A stretch of 63,464 bases of DNA, filler included, from Octopus bimaculoides (GCF_001194135.2; 4 parts of 4 records of this genome joined end to end with filler, not necessarily neighbours in it), one strand, 5' to 3'; shown: positions 38,726-53,437, counted from the first letter of the whole stretch. Numbers and translations: made by a program. The notes: a model not told the origin generated them from the sequence alone.

Positions 38726-39190
38726 TACATATACATATATACATACATATATGTACGTAGGTGCAGGAGTAGTTGTGTGGTAAATATTTTACTTACCAAC
38801 CACATGGTTCTGGGTTCAGTCCCATTGCATGGCACCTTGGGCAAGTATCTTCTGCTATAGCCTTGGGCTGACCAAAGCCTTGTGAGTGGATTTGGTGGAT
38901 GGAAACTGAAAGAAGCCTGTCGTATATATATAAATATATATGTATATATATATATCTGTGTGTGTGTCTGTGTGTTTTTGTTTGTCCTCCACCCCCACAA
39001 ATTGATAATCATTCTTGGTGTGTTTACATCCCCCATAACTTAGTGGTTCAGCAAAACAGACCAATAGAATAAGTACCAGGTTTAAAAAACAGAAAAAGAA
39101 ATCTTCAGGTTGATTCATTCAACTAAAAATTCAAGGTGGTGCCCCAGGATGACCCCAGCCTAATGACTGAAATATGTAAAAGATAAAAAA
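38420..39190 (+). mobile_element. Two tandem group A SINEs (5' half 38420-38585; full length 38757-39190) separated by (TA)n
   Basis: GGTGCAGG.GT.G..GTGTG(G)TAA...GGTTCAGTCCCA.TG..GGCACCTTG heads and GAGTGGATTTGGT.GA.GGAAACTGAAAGAA bodies. Confidence 0.87.
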
Positions 39191-39329
39191 AGATATTATG
39201 TCTGAAAAATAAAATGGAACGGTCATGTTTGGAACATCTATAATCACAGATCAGCTCATCCAAGGTTAAATAGCAGCAGCAGCAGAAGAAGAAGAAGAAG
39301 CAGAAGCCAGCCATTATCAAATAACCAAT

Positions 39330-39360
<31 letters not shown>

Positions 39361-40184
39361 NNNNNNNNNNNNNNNNNNNNNNNNNNNNNNNNNNNNNNNN
39401 NNNNNNNNNNNNNNNNNNNNNNNNNNNNNNNNNNNNNNNNNNNNNNNNNNNNNNNNNNNNNNNNNNNNNNNNNNNNNNNNNNNNNNNNNNNNNNNNNNNN
39501 NNNNNNNNNNNNNNNNNNNNNNNNNNNNNNNNNNNNNNNNNNNNNNNNNNNNNNNNNNNNNNNNNNNNNNNNNNNNNNNNNNNNNNNNNNNNNNNNNNNN
39601 NNNNNNNNNNNNNNNNNNNNNNNNNNNNNNNNNNNNNNNNNNNNNNNNNNNNNNNNNNNNNNNNNNNNNNNNNNNNNNNNNNNNNNNNNNNNNNNNNNNN
39701 NNNNNNNNNNNNNNNNNNNNNNNNNNNNNNNNNNNNNNNNNNNNNNNNNNNNNNNNNNNNNNNNNNNNNNNNNNNNNNNNNNNNNNNNNNNNNNNNNNNN
39801 NNNNNNNNNNNNNNNNNNNNNNNNNNNNNNNNNNNNNNNNNNNNNNNNNNNNNNNNNNNNNNNNNNNNNNNNNNNNNNNNNNNNNGAAAAAGGAACAAAA
39901 ACAACACATACACACACACACAGTACACTCTGTAAAGTGGTTGGCACTGGAAAAGGCAGCCAGCCATAGAAATCATGCCAAAGCAGACATTCGAGCATAA
40001 TGCAGTCCTTGGACCCATGGATCTTGTAAAAACCAACCAAGTCATGTCAGCATGGAATGCGAATGTTAAATGATGATGGTGGTACTGGTGGTGGTAGTGG
40101 TGATGTGTGTATGTATGTATGTATGTATGTATGTATGTATGTATGTATGCATTTATGTACATATGTTTATCCAACTTGTCTGAA

Positions 40185-40880
40185 TTTAAATCAAGATGAA
40201 ATTCAGTTTGGTTTTGTGCCAGGGAAAAATACCGTTGATGCTCTTTTTTTTTATTATGGCAATTTTCAGAAGTATTTAGTCAAAAGTAAACTACTTGACT
40301 TGGAATTTGCTGACCAGGAGAAAGCTTTGACAGGGCCTTAATTTTCTGATTCAGTGGTTTCTGTGGAAGCTAGAAGACAATTGGCATCTGAAAGCTGTTT
40401 ATGCCACATACAGGTGTGTTATCAGTTAGGTAAGAGTTGGCAGCAAGTACAACTGGGAATTTAGTCTGCAGGTAAAACTTCACTAGGGCCTGGATCTCAG
40501 TTCTCTCCTATGCATCATTACCCATGGAGCCATAAGAGAAGAGCTTTGAACTGAATGCTAGTGGGGATTCTTTCATGCTGATGACATCATTCTTATGACT
40601 GAATCTGTAGTAGAATTAGAAAAGGACCTTAACTTAGCAAAAACCAAAGTTCTAGTGAGTAGGCAAACAGATGTGACTCTATTCCCTTTATAAAAATGGT
40701 CTTGATTGATATGTAGAAAAGGTGTAGGTTGAAATTTCATATGGTGTACCCATTGCAAACTATGAACTGACAACCTGTGCAGCAGAATCACTGGAAGGTT
40801 AACAGAGAAGTAGACTTCATATATGGTAGATGCACGGGAGCAATAAGCACGAAGAACATATGGGGAATAGATTCTCCTGA
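40185..40880 (+). mobile_element. RTE (BovB-like) LINE reverse transcriptase fragment
   Basis: DEIQFGFVPGKNTVDALF...EFADQEKA(F)D and FHADDIILMTES (RT motifs). Confidence 0.8.
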
Positions 40881-41782
40881 AATACTAGAGTGGATTGCTA
40901 GAGGAGCATGGCTAAGTGGTTAGGGTGTTGCACTCACTCATGAGCATAAGACTGTGGTTTCGATTTTGGCCACCTCAATATTGCCCCACTTTTCTTCAGT
41001 GCCCTCCTGGTTCTTTCCACCACCCCCAAGGGGAAGCACCACCTATTTTGGGAAGCACTGATCTAGAACTTTATGTTATAATCCTATATCTTATCCTTTG
41101 TAGATAATTATATTCATATATAACTAGACTACCAGACAAGCATGCAAGCAAGCAGGCAAGCAGTCACAGAGTTTTAGTATGTAGATAAACTATGTGACCT
41201 TACTGGTTTTTAAAGGGAGTGAATTGTTAGAGCTCAGATGGCTGGAGTCTCAGTTACTAAAGCAGCAGAACTATTCCATGTTTTGAGAGAGACTGTCTCT
41301 CAAATTATGACATCATTCCAAAAACAAGGCAAAATGAGCTCTGAAAAGTGTAATTCTAGTCCAGAGCTAGTACTCTCAGAGAGGGGCCTTAGAGAATTAA
41401 AACTTTAGCCTATCAACAACTGGTATAAAGCCATCTCCCTCTCTACTACCCACTTCACTTAAAACAGATTTTTCTTTATCTTGAGAATTATTTGGCCACC
41501 TCACTAGTGTTGGTGCTACAAAAAGAAAAAAAAAGCATGCACTACACTCTGCCAAAGTGGTTAGTGGTCAGAGGAGCATTCAGCCAAAGATAGACATTGA
41601 AACTCAATGTAGTCCGGTGGGTCAATGAGTCCTGTTGAAATATCCACCCCATGCTAGCATGGAAGATGGATGTTAAGTGATGACAAAGATGAAGATGACG
41701 ATGATGAAGATGATGATGATCATCATCATAATGATGTTGATACTATTTTGTGCACTTCCAAGAACATGTTGTTCTCGTATGT

Positions 41783-41840
<58 letters not shown>

Positions 41841-41955
41841 GCAGAAATCCAGTGGTATTCCTGGCAGTCTGTGTCAGCATGGTAATGGAATACCCAAGAA
41901 CAGTCAAAAGAAATTAAAAGAACAAGAAAAAGCTGATTTTGTTTCTTTGCTTTTC

Positions 41956-42001
<46 letters not shown>

Positions 42002-42250
42002 CCCTGGCTGTGTGTCTATCTCTCTATATATATGTATTCATGTTTGTATATGTGTGTATAAATATGTGTATGTGTGTATGCATGTGTGTGGATGCATGTG
42101 TATGTATGTATAATATATATATGTATGTATGCATTATATGCATATATACATACATATATAGTTGAAATTTACAGAAAAACAAAAGACGAAGACAGGTGTA
42201 TGAACAACAAGCAGGTATACACGCGCACACACACATATATACACATATAC

Positions 42251-42290
<40 letters not shown>

Positions 42291-42554
42291 GTTAATAACA
42301 TCCTCATAACAAATTTTATAACATTTTTCAAAAATTCGTTTTTAAAAATCACCTTTACACCTCAAAAACTGTACTAAGTAATCCTCATAGACTTACACAC
42401 GCACACAGACATGTATATGCATGTATATAAACACACATATATAAATACATTCACAAATACATACACACACATACATGCACACATAAACATGCATGCATAC
42501 ATACATACATCTATGCACATACTTGTATATTGCAATATGGCATTGGTAACAGAT

Positions 42555-42608
<54 letters not shown>

Positions 42609-42737
42609 GTGGTGGTGGTGGTGGTGGTTATAATGGTAATTATGATGATATTAATAACTGTGTGTTTTTGTGTGTTTATATGTGTGTATGCATGTGAATA
42701 CATCTCTGTGTATACATACATGTAGGCACAGATACTC

Positions 42738-42980
42738 TAGACATGTGTATGTGCATATACGAAGTGGTGCTGAAAAATTTTCTGGCTTTAAGAGTGTCAT
42801 GAACAGGTTGGTTGGAGGCCCAACCTTCCGAGTTCTTTCACAGGGCTTAGAAAAACTGAAGGACTACTGTAATAAGTGTGGAAATTTCAGGGGGGGGGGG
42901 ATGTTGAATAAAATCATAATTAACTGATCCTCCTGTATTTTCTTTTATCCAAAGCCAGGAACTTTTGAACATCCTGTCAT
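42738..42980. mobile_element. mariner-derived MITE with degenerate TIRs
   Basis: TACGAAGTGGTGCTGAAAAATTTTCTGGCTTT vs the reverse complement of AAAGCCAGGAACTTTTGAACATCC. Confidence 0.55.
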
Positions 42981-43469
42981 ATATATATATATATATATAT
43001 GTATACATCACTCCCATGGCACCATATTTCTATAAGTATCCTATCACTGCCATATTCTTAAAAATGGTACTAATTATTTTTCCTTTTTCTCTGTGATATG
43101 GATTCATTTTGGTCTTTCCAAGTTATGTAGAATTATGATTTTTTTCATGTTTGCTTTCTCAATATGATACAAGAGCAATATTTGAACAACTTTCTGGTTA
43201 GTATGTAGGCTGGAATGGATTTGTTACAGAAACTAGAGTCATATTTCAGACACTGGAACTTCTTCATAGCTAAATAATTTAGAATAATTTACACAGAATT
43301 TTCACAACATAAACAGAAATATATACGTGTGTGGTCAAGAGTATGAGTGAGTAAGAGTTCATAAGTGCGAGCATGAATGTGTGCATATATGTGTGTATGT
43401 ATGTGTGTGTATGCATGCATGTGTGCATACATGCGTATGTGTGTGTGTGTGTGTGTGCATCTAAATGAC

Positions 43470-43700
43470 ATGTCTTTGTGTTTGTGTTATGTTTGTCCCT
43501 CACCATCACTTGACAATCAGTGTCGGTTTGCTTATGTTCCCATAACTTAGAGGTTCAGCAAAAGAAACCAATAGAATAAGTCCCAGACTTAAAAAAAAAA
43601 AGGGAAGACCGAGGTTGATTTATTCAACTAAACCCTTCTGTGCAGTGCCCCAGCATGACTGCAGTCCAATGACTGACACAAGTTAAAGATAAAAGATATA
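43470..43700 (+). mobile_element. Group A SINE 3' module
   Basis: CACCATCACTTGACAATC...CCCATAACTTAG.GGTTCAGCAAAAGAAACCAATAGAATAAGT...CCCCAGCATGACTGCAGTCC. Confidence 0.7.
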
Positions 43701-43833
43701 AAAATGGCTCCCAGTTCTTATCTAACTATAAATACTGTACTGCCCACCTGTAATCAACCCCCACCACTTTGTGCAGACTAAAATCAACATATTATTAGTT
43801 GGTGATGACACCTTCCTTTTCCACCTAATTAAT

Positions 43834-44960
43834 TTGGTGAAGAAGTGCTAATCTCTCACTGTGGAGGGAAGCTGTGGAAGGAGTAGACCCAGGAAGATGT
43901 GGGACTAAGTGGTGAGAAAGGATCTTTAGATACTGAGTCTCCCTGAGAAGACGACAAGGGACTGCGGCTTCAGGTGATTTGCTGTGCTTGAGGGGACACA
44001 CCAAGCTAAGTAAAATAGTGGCCATCCATACATACAGGCATGTCTTTTATGGTCATGCCCCATCACTCCCTCTCTTAGCCGAGAGGGCCTTGTCTTGTGA
44101 GTTCACTTGTGCTTTTTCCATGGTACCAGCACCCATTTTGGTGTCATATAGAAAGCATCTGTGCAGGTGCCATATTGAAAACACTCATGCCAGTGCCATA
44201 TATGGTGCATTCATGCTGGTACTGTGGAGGCGCAATGGCCCAGTGGTTAGGACTCGCAGTCATAGGGTCGCGGTTTTGATTCCCAGACTGGGCATTGTGA
44301 GTGTTTATTGAGCGAAAACACCTAAAAGCTCCACGAGGCTCCTGCTGTACACTTTCACCACAACTTTCTCTCACTCTTTTCCTGTTTCTGTTGTGCCTGT
44401 AATTCAAAGGGTCAGCCTTGTCACACTGTGTCACGCTGAATATCCCCGAGAACTACGTCAAGGGTACACGTGTCTGTGGAGTGCTCAACCACTTGCATGT
44501 TAATTTCACGAGCAGGCTGTTCCGTTGGTCAGATCAACTGGAATTCTCGATGTCGTAAGCGATGGAGTGCCAACAACATGCTGGTACCACATAAAAAGCC
44601 CCCGTGCAGGTGCCACATTAAAAGCACTGGTGCTGGTGCCATGTAAAAAAGATACTTATTTTGGTGCCATGTAAAAAGCACCCGTGCTGGTGTCAGATAA
44701 CAGCACTAGTGTTGATGCCCTGTAAAAAGCACCCAGTACACTCTGTACAGTGGTTGGTATTAGGAAGGGCCTCCAGCTGTAGATACCATGCCAATGCAGA
44801 CGACTGGACTGGGCAGCTCTCTGAATGGCCAGCTCCTGTCAAACCGTCCAACCTATGCCAGCATGGAAAATGGATGATAAATGCCGATGATGATGATGGT
44901 GATGACGATGGTGGTCATGATTATGATGATGATGATGATGATGACGACGACGACGATGAT
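43834..44960 (+). mobile_element. RTE LINE 3' end (ORF C-terminus, repeat-rich 3' UTR, (GAT)n tail) with nested SINE
   Basis: VKKC*SLTVEGSCGRSRPRKMWD*VVRKDL (RTE GRGRP..TW motif), then ~20-bp GGTGCCA..TAAAAAGCAC repeats and the terminal module. Confidence 0.75.
44223..44576 (+). mobile_element. Full-length tRNA-headed SINE group D, tail type 3, with 11-bp TSD
   Basis: TGGCCCAGTGG A box, GGTTTTGATTCCC B box, (CAA)n end; CATGCTGGTAC at 44212-44222 and 44577-44587. Confidence 0.9.
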
Positions 44961-45266
44961 AATGAGAAATGAGCCAAGACGATGATAATGAGAAATGAGC
45001 CTGTAGATCCTAATGAGCCAATGTATCCTAGCAAGTCAATGTATTCTGATTAATATATTCTAACTTCATTTTCAGTATCTCATCAACGATTCCCAAAGGA
45101 ATTGCTACATAGTTCATGCATAATGTTAATGTCATTGAAACCAATCCATGCTGTAAAGTGGTTAGTGATAGATGCAGTATCAAATGATAGAAAGCTTGAA
45201 GAGATATCAATGGATACAACAATAAAGCTGTGCAGTTTTCCTCTGTTGCTCTGTGTGTTAGTGTGT

Positions 45267-45313
<47 letters not shown>

Positions 45314-45421
45314 ACAGAGAGAGGGAAGGACTGTGGCGAGTGAGTAGACATTGTGAAACACATCCAATACATGCCAGCATTGAAAAATAGACATTAAACA
45401 ATGATGATGGTGATGATGAAT

Positions 45422-45489
<68 letters not shown>

Positions 45490-46281
45490 AATGATGATGA
45501 TGTTGATGGTGGCAATGTGGATGATGATGATGCCACCATCTCCATCACAGAGACAATAATGATGTCTTAATTGTGATGGATTGGCAAAATTGTTTGAGCA
45601 TCAAACAACACACCTTGTAGTATATACCTACAGTTCCATATGTTCTGAGTTCAAACCCTGTTAAGATCAACTTTGCCTTTTATCTTTCTAGGGATGTTGA
45701 AATAAAGTATGAGTTAAGTTCCGGGGTCACGAAAAATGTATAGCATTGTGTCAATTTTACAACCCCTCTGGTCCTGTCACACTAAGGTCTGTTTAACTAA
45801 TTTAGTGCTGGGGCTACAAGAAAATGCACCTAGTAAACTCTGTAAAGTGGTTTGTGTAAGGAAGTGCATCCTGTCATAGAAGCCAAGCCAAATGGTACTT
45901 ACAAGCACCTAGTTGTGGGGAAATGTAGCTTCTAATTGGCAGTGACTCAAACCATAAATAACCGTCTAACCCATATCAGCATGGAAAGTAGGCATAAAGT
46001 GCTGCTGCTGCTGCAGCTGATGATGATGATAATGATGATCATGATGATGATGAACATCCTGAACTTAACTAATTTCAAAATGTCCTTTTCCCACTGATTA
46101 AATTCTCTCTATTCCATTCATACATTTTATTGTGTAACACCCTGCAATAGCATTTTCATGAGTCTTTCATTTTACTATCACCAAAAGCAGATACAACAAT
46201 GTCATTCTGTGCACACATATGCATATGTGCACGAGCGTGCGCACACACACACACACACACACTCACACACACACACACACA

Positions 46282-46360
<79 letters not shown>

Positions 46361-46499
46361 TAACCCTCATTTGTATCCAAGCAAATTAATATTTCTCCCA
46401 TAGTTAGGCATGTTTTTCATGGAAGACAGGGTAACAAATAACATCACTTATATGTCAGTGATACTCACTTACAAACCATCACATGATGTCAAGACAAGG

Positions 46500-46536
<37 letters not shown>

Positions 46537-47571
46537 TACGTACATATTTTTCTTCAAAGTCATTTTAATTGAAACACACTACCTTGCAAATCAACAGACT
46601 TCCTGCATCTCATAATCTCATTAGTAAACATTCTTCACTCAGTTTCTCTCCAGGATAAAAAAAAAACACACACACAACACCATATTCTTCCACCCCACCC
46701 CCCAGGCATCTTAATATCCCAGCTCTTATTACCTTATTCACTGTATTACTCTAACACCAGCTCACCTGCTGTCTTCTATATTATACTTCTCAATCTCCTT
46801 GAACCTTATCTAAATAAGCATTATCTTATGCTAATTAAAATTATCAAGCCAAAGAGGAAAGAGTTGTACATTGTCAGTTGACCTACAAAGAAATAGCAGC
46901 CTAGTCTCCTCTACAAAATCACACAGTAAGATCTTTAGTATTGGAGGAAGGAATGTCCATCCAGAATTATGGAGGTTCTTCAAGGCATTGTATCATAAAT
47001 AAATATTGGATGCTTATGAGTGGGCAGCTTTTGATCGTAGGTCTGCTAAATCAGGTCTAACATGACAATAAAAAAACAACTGAAAGTTATACCTCTTAGC
47101 TGGATCTTTTTTGAATTCCATACATCTCTTTTCTTATCTTTTATTTTTTACTGGCTGCAGTCATTGGATTGCGGCCATGCTGGACTGCAGCATCACTTTA
47201 AATGGTTTAGTTGGGCGAATCAACTACAGAAACTTAGTTTGGGAATTGATAAGTGCTACCAGTCTCTTTTGCCAAACTGCTAAGTAATAGGAATGTAAAC
47301 AAACCAACATTGATTGTCAAGTGGTGTAGGGGGAAACACACACACACAAACACATACATACCAACACACACACACATACACAAGTACACACTCACACACA
47401 AGTACACACGCACAGGTACACACATACACATACACACACTCACACACATGCACACACACATACACACAAGCACACACATACCCACTCACACAAGTACACA
47501 CACACACTCACAGACATACACACACACATGCACACAAATACACACATGCATGCATGCACGCATGCACACGT

Positions 47572-47612
<41 letters not shown>

Positions 47613-48050
47613 ATGAACAGATAGCGATAAAGTATCCAGGCAGGCACTGTTTGAACAGTCAGTTATAATCCAGGTTATGGCTAACGCCACTGATTGGTCA
47701 GGAACACCTAAGNNNNNNNNNNNNNNNNNNNNNNNNNNNNNNNNNNNNNNNNNNNNTTAATTAATTAANNNNNNNNNNNNNNNNNNNNNNNNNNNNNNNN
47801 NNNNNNNNNNNNATATATATATATGTGCGTGTGTGGAAGAAGAAAATGGAGAGACACAATAACATACACAAATGGATATAGTGACACACAGGCACACACA
47901 CATACACACACACACACATACACACACACACATACGCGCGCGCACTCACACATACACACATACGCAGGTAATCACCGGGAGCGCCTTTGGATTTAACCAA
48001 GCTTTAGAGATTTTAAACGCCTCTAATTTATACCTACACACACACACACA

Positions 48051-48098
<48 letters not shown>

Positions 48099-49172
48099 NN
48101 NNNNNNNNNNNNNNNNNNNNNNNNNNNNNNNNNNNNNNNNATATATATATATATATATATATATACATACATGCATACATACATATATATATATATTCCA
48201 TAATTTTTTTTCTTTTTATCCAGTTATGCGTTTCAGTTATTAGAAGGCGGCTATGCTGGAGTCACCGCCGCTGGGAATTCTGGTCGAGCGAATCAACTTC
48301 AGTATTTATTTTATTTGTTTGAAGCACTGTAGTAGTGATCCTATCATTAACTTGTACAGAAACACTAAGCTACAGGGACTAAGATACAACACCGGTTGTC
48401 AAATGATAGTGAGTGAGAAACACATATGTACATGACGAACTTCTTTTGGGTTCCATCAGCCAAATTCACTCTCAGGGTTTGATGGGTACAAGGCCATATT
48501 AGAAGGCACTTGCACCAAGTAACATGCACCCAAAATGAACCCAAAACTATGTTTTTGAGAAGCAACCTTCTTACCAAACTGCGACATCTGTGTTCAAATT
48601 TGATGCATTTTGGTGAGGGATTTATATGCCCTTATCAGTTACTTAAAAAAGGGTTTCAATCTATAATTTATTAACAATGTTATTTTCAAATTAAATCTCC
48701 TATCGGCATGTCAACGACTCGTTATCTGTTATCTAGTTAGTAACAAGGGAAATTCGAGAGATTAGAAAATGTTCCAAAGTAATAAAATTGCCTAAGAAGT
48801 AAATGTAAAAAAAACCTAATAAGAAAGAATGTGAACGCAGTTGTACTTTTCGTATAAACGATTTGAAATATAATAATAGACATACACAAGCATACAATAC
48901 GCACACATATGAATATATATATATATNNNNNNNNNNNNNNNNNNNNNNNNNNNNNNNNNNNNNNNNNNNNNNNNNNNNNNNNNNNNNNNNNNNNNNNNNN
49001 NNNNNNNNNNNNNNNNNNNNNNNNNNNNNNNNNNNNNNNNNNNNNNNNNNNNNNNNNNNNNNNNNNNNNNNNNNNNNNNNNNNNNNNNNNNNNNNNNNNN
49101 NNNNNNNNNNNNNNNNNNNNNNNNNNNNNNNNNNNNNNNNNNNNNNNNNNNNNNNNTATATATATATATATT

Positions 49173-49212
<40 letters not shown>

Positions 49213-51338
49213 TGTATATATATATATATATGTATATGTATGGATGTATATATGTATGTATGCATATATATATACGTACATACTTATTTCTACAAGCATA
49301 TACATCCATTCATACACACATATACATACATATATACGCAAAGGTTGGAAATAGTTGTATTACACTATTACACACAGACAGCAACACAAGCAATCACTCC
49401 CACACTCACACACACGCATATACTTACATACATAGATGGATAGATAGATAGATACACGTGCACATATGTGAATATATGTGTATGCCAGTTCGGATGAATA
49501 GAAGTTTGTATCTATATCTTTGGTAGTGTGTGTGTATGTTTTTGTGTGTACTTGTGTGTGCATGTGTATTTCAGTGTTGGCTACCTTTGTTAGGCCCTTC
49601 CCTGCATACCACTCAATGAAATCTAAATTAGAGGGTCTCTAACGACTGCAGAAATCGCATGTTTGCGTGTTTAAATTTTCAGTCAATGATATAATTCTAT
49701 TTTACTTAAATAGCGATTTATAATTCAAATTACAAATATATTTAAATCAACTTTTTCCACACTAAGCATTACCCCCTGTTTGTTTAATTTATGCAGTCCC
49801 CAGAGCAATTCCTCATCCTTTCCCTGCAAAGAAATTTGTTTCCTTCCATCTAATTATGACACGACGTCAATATAAAACATGTGTTTTTATAAATACGGTC
49901 CTAGTATACCTGAGTTTATTGTCATTGAAGCTACCTATTACTATACTAGTCAGATTGAGCTATACTAGTCAGATTAATACACAAGTATTAATCATTAACT
50001 ATAGATTAAAACTTACACATATTTCTTTGCTTTCTATAGCTTACTCAGTGTTTTACATAATTAAATATCAAGGGATTTCATAGAGTTAACTGAAGTACAA
50101 GAAGAATTCACTTTCTGGTAAATTTTAGAACAGACTTATACAAGAGTTTTGAAATTTTGTAGTTGTAGAGAGAAGCTTCAAAAATACGATATTGCAACCA
50201 AATGAATTATATATCCAACTGAGAATACTAACATTAGAGATTCACCACTACATTAAAATTTACTGTATCCCTTCTATGTGAAAGCTTTACTTCAATTTTA
50301 TATGATTGCAAAAGTCTTATTTAAATATACATCCTGTACAGCTATTAATTTATGGCTGTTGTTATTTATGGCTACTTGGACTTGTGCCAATATAACTAAT
50401 CATTATTTATAGCGGTTGCATTTCCTTCTGTCAGTGAAACGACCATTATTCATGGTTATAATATCTAATATATTTCCTCATATATTTCATTGCTTACCTT
50501 ACGAATTCTACCAAAACTTTAAGTATCCAATTTTCGCTTTACTTTTGATTAGATATTTGAAGTTTCGAAAGTAGTTTGGAATATGATCCGCTCTATATAC
50601 GAATGCCCCAGCATGAAACTAGCTCATATATATGCAAAAACGTATTAGTAATTTTTATGGCTTTTTATCTAAATATATATGAATTCGGAACAAAAGAACT
50701 TGTGACTAATGAAATTTTACTGAGCGCACTAATTCTGCCAGATAAACTTATCCAAAATATCCTTTCTTTAAGTATGCCACTCGTATTTAATTCGAGGCAT
50801 ATTTCCTTACTATTTCGAGTAGATCAAATTGATAGTAAATTTCGAGTCAGAAAATGATTGAAAATTATAACAGCTTGGTACACAAATTATAACTGATAAC
50901 CACAGTGAGATAGTTGGTATAGTTTCTCACTGAGGAAGGAGAAATATGATCAAAGCACTATTGTCATGTAAATCATGTATTACGATGGAATAAATCGTCC
51001 AAAAATTCATTGTGCAACATGTCTCTTAAATTGTTGAAATGCTACGCTCTAGTCCGAATTTTATACGGAAGCCATTCTTAGTCGACTACGTAACAACAAA
51101 ACGACACGTTTTCAGTTCAGGAAGACGCTATTTAATTTATTTCTACAAAAGTGAAAAAGTTGATTGCGCCAATTCCCGTTAAACAGTAAAATTATTACAT
51201 TGCACGGTATTTGAAATGTATAATGAAAGTAGCTAACATTTAGTAAAATCTATAGAATTACGTATATCTTAAAATGTTGCGTGGATCGTGCTGTGGGTGC
51301 GTTGTTTGTGTGGGTTAGCTATACTGAAGTCAGCAGGT

Positions 51339-52300
51339 AGGAAAACTTGCAATTGTCGGGCTTCTCAAATATGCCCTCTTAGAGGCTTCTGCCTACATAA
51401 AAATGTAGTCTACTAGCGCCGTGTTATAATACCGCACTCTAAGGAAACAAGGTTCTCTATCGGCGGCACCGTTCATTTCAAGCGCCGCTACCCTGCACAC
51501 ATGAACACTTTCTCCAATACAAATTCTAAATTATCAATCTCCTTAGCAAATTATATACACAAACTTAAATCTCAAAATATTCCATATACCCTATCCTGGT
51601 CCATTGTAATTGAGGGTCTCCACTACAACGCAAACATCGGTATGTCTAAATTATGTTTAAGAGAATTAATAACCCTTCTTCGCCTCCACAACACCTCATT
51701 ACTTAATAGATATTCAGATGTAACATCGTCTTGTAAACACAGGTTCTACCCATTAAATCTATGTAAACCCATAACTAAAATTATCCATACTCAAAATTAA
51801 CCTTGTACGAAGATATGTTAAGCCTAGCAACCTACTACCTCAACAAATACTACCACTTTAATCGATTCTTATACTTATATTTCTAATTTCTCATGAGCCA
51901 CTACTTCCCACCTACCTCATAGCCTCCCCACTCTCTTAAGTAGTCTCCTCTTATATTCTCTCCTTACCAAAAATACTTAATACTACTCCATTCCTTTGGA
52001 TACTAACCTATCAACCCTCCCCCTCCGTATTCACTTCCCTGTACTCAATTTGATACACCTCTGCATAATATTGTACTCCCTCTCCATTACAAATCCAAAT
52101 GCATTATCCCACTAACCACTGCTATTTCCCCTACCACCACTCTGTCCACCCCTCTATCTTCTCTTATACCTCTCTACATACATTAGCAATCTCCCTAAAC
52201 CTCTCTCGTTTCTCTGTTTGTTTTTTTCGTTGTTCGAAAAAAAGTTCGTTTTCTGTTTTCGCCTTTATGTTTTTGTTTCTCATTGTGTCTAACGTTTTCT
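51339..52300 (+). mobile_element. Penelope-like element 3' end: near-intact GIY-YIG domain (Naiad-like) plus pyrimidine-rich pseudo-LTR
   Basis: One frame from 51339: RKTCNCRASQICPLRGFCLHKNVVY*...FSIGGTVHFKRRYPAHMNTF...LANYIHKLK...SWSIV...LCLRE...LLNRYSDVTSSCKH (ORF 51501-51800 plus an upstream in-frame extension, single TAG). Confidence 0.85.
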
Positions 52301-52388
52301 TCATGTCCTGTACCCATATATGCATGTATGTATACATATAGATGTAGGTATGTACATATATGTATGGATATATGCATATGTTTATATA

Positions 52389-52440
<52 letters not shown>

Positions 52441-53437
52441 TCAGGCATTTATATATACATACAGATGCACACATTCACACACATACATACACTTACATAT
52501 ATATATATATACACGCACATGTGTATATATATATTCATACATATGTGTGTGTAAGCATGCACACAAATAGACATCATGTGTGTGTATAAAAAGGTGAAGG
52601 TGAAGAGTAGAATTCATATATGCATGTAATAAAACAATGCTGTTATGGAGGATTCATTTTTTCCTCATAAATATCATACACTTCTATTTACAACACAAAG
52701 TAAATTATGTTGTATGGCTCCTGCCATATGTCACTTGACAAGTCTATTGAATATTTCTCTACATCTACATGAGAGGACCTCTCACAGCGAATACGATAAC
52801 AATGTAGCGTTCTAATAACGCAACCACGTTAAGTAGGATATAAAGATTGCCATTCGGCATTAATATTGCCTTGCTAATATTTATCTTACCATAAAAGCCT
52901 GCTGAATCTTTGCGACATCAGTAATGGAACAGTCAGTGTCAACAAATCTCATAAAATACACGTATCTGGCTCATCATATACTGATTAAAAAACGCAAGAT
53001 ACCTAACACATTAATTCGTTCAAGTCCTCTGTCGGAAAACTGATTCTATTTGAATATGCAATTAGTATTTATAGACTGGATAATGGGAAATCTTACAACA
53101 AATCGGGGGTATAGCTCAAAAGTCGAAAGTACATATCCGCCTCAGAAATAAATGCAACTCGTCGGCAACAGAGAAGCTGAATCCCTAACACTACTAGTCG
53201 ATAGATTTGCAAGAGAACCGAAACATTTTCCTGTGTTTTATACAAGAATCGTCGTTCAAGCAAAACTTCTTTAAACACGTTCTTCGTATGAGTAACTTCC
53301 ATTTATGAAGCAGCAAAATGCAGTGTGTGCAACTGTGCAACTCGGCATCTAAATTTTAGCAAACAAACCGAAAATCAATAATTCTACATGACGATTTAGT
53401 GTACCCACCCCACATCTACATACCTTGTTTTTTATAG

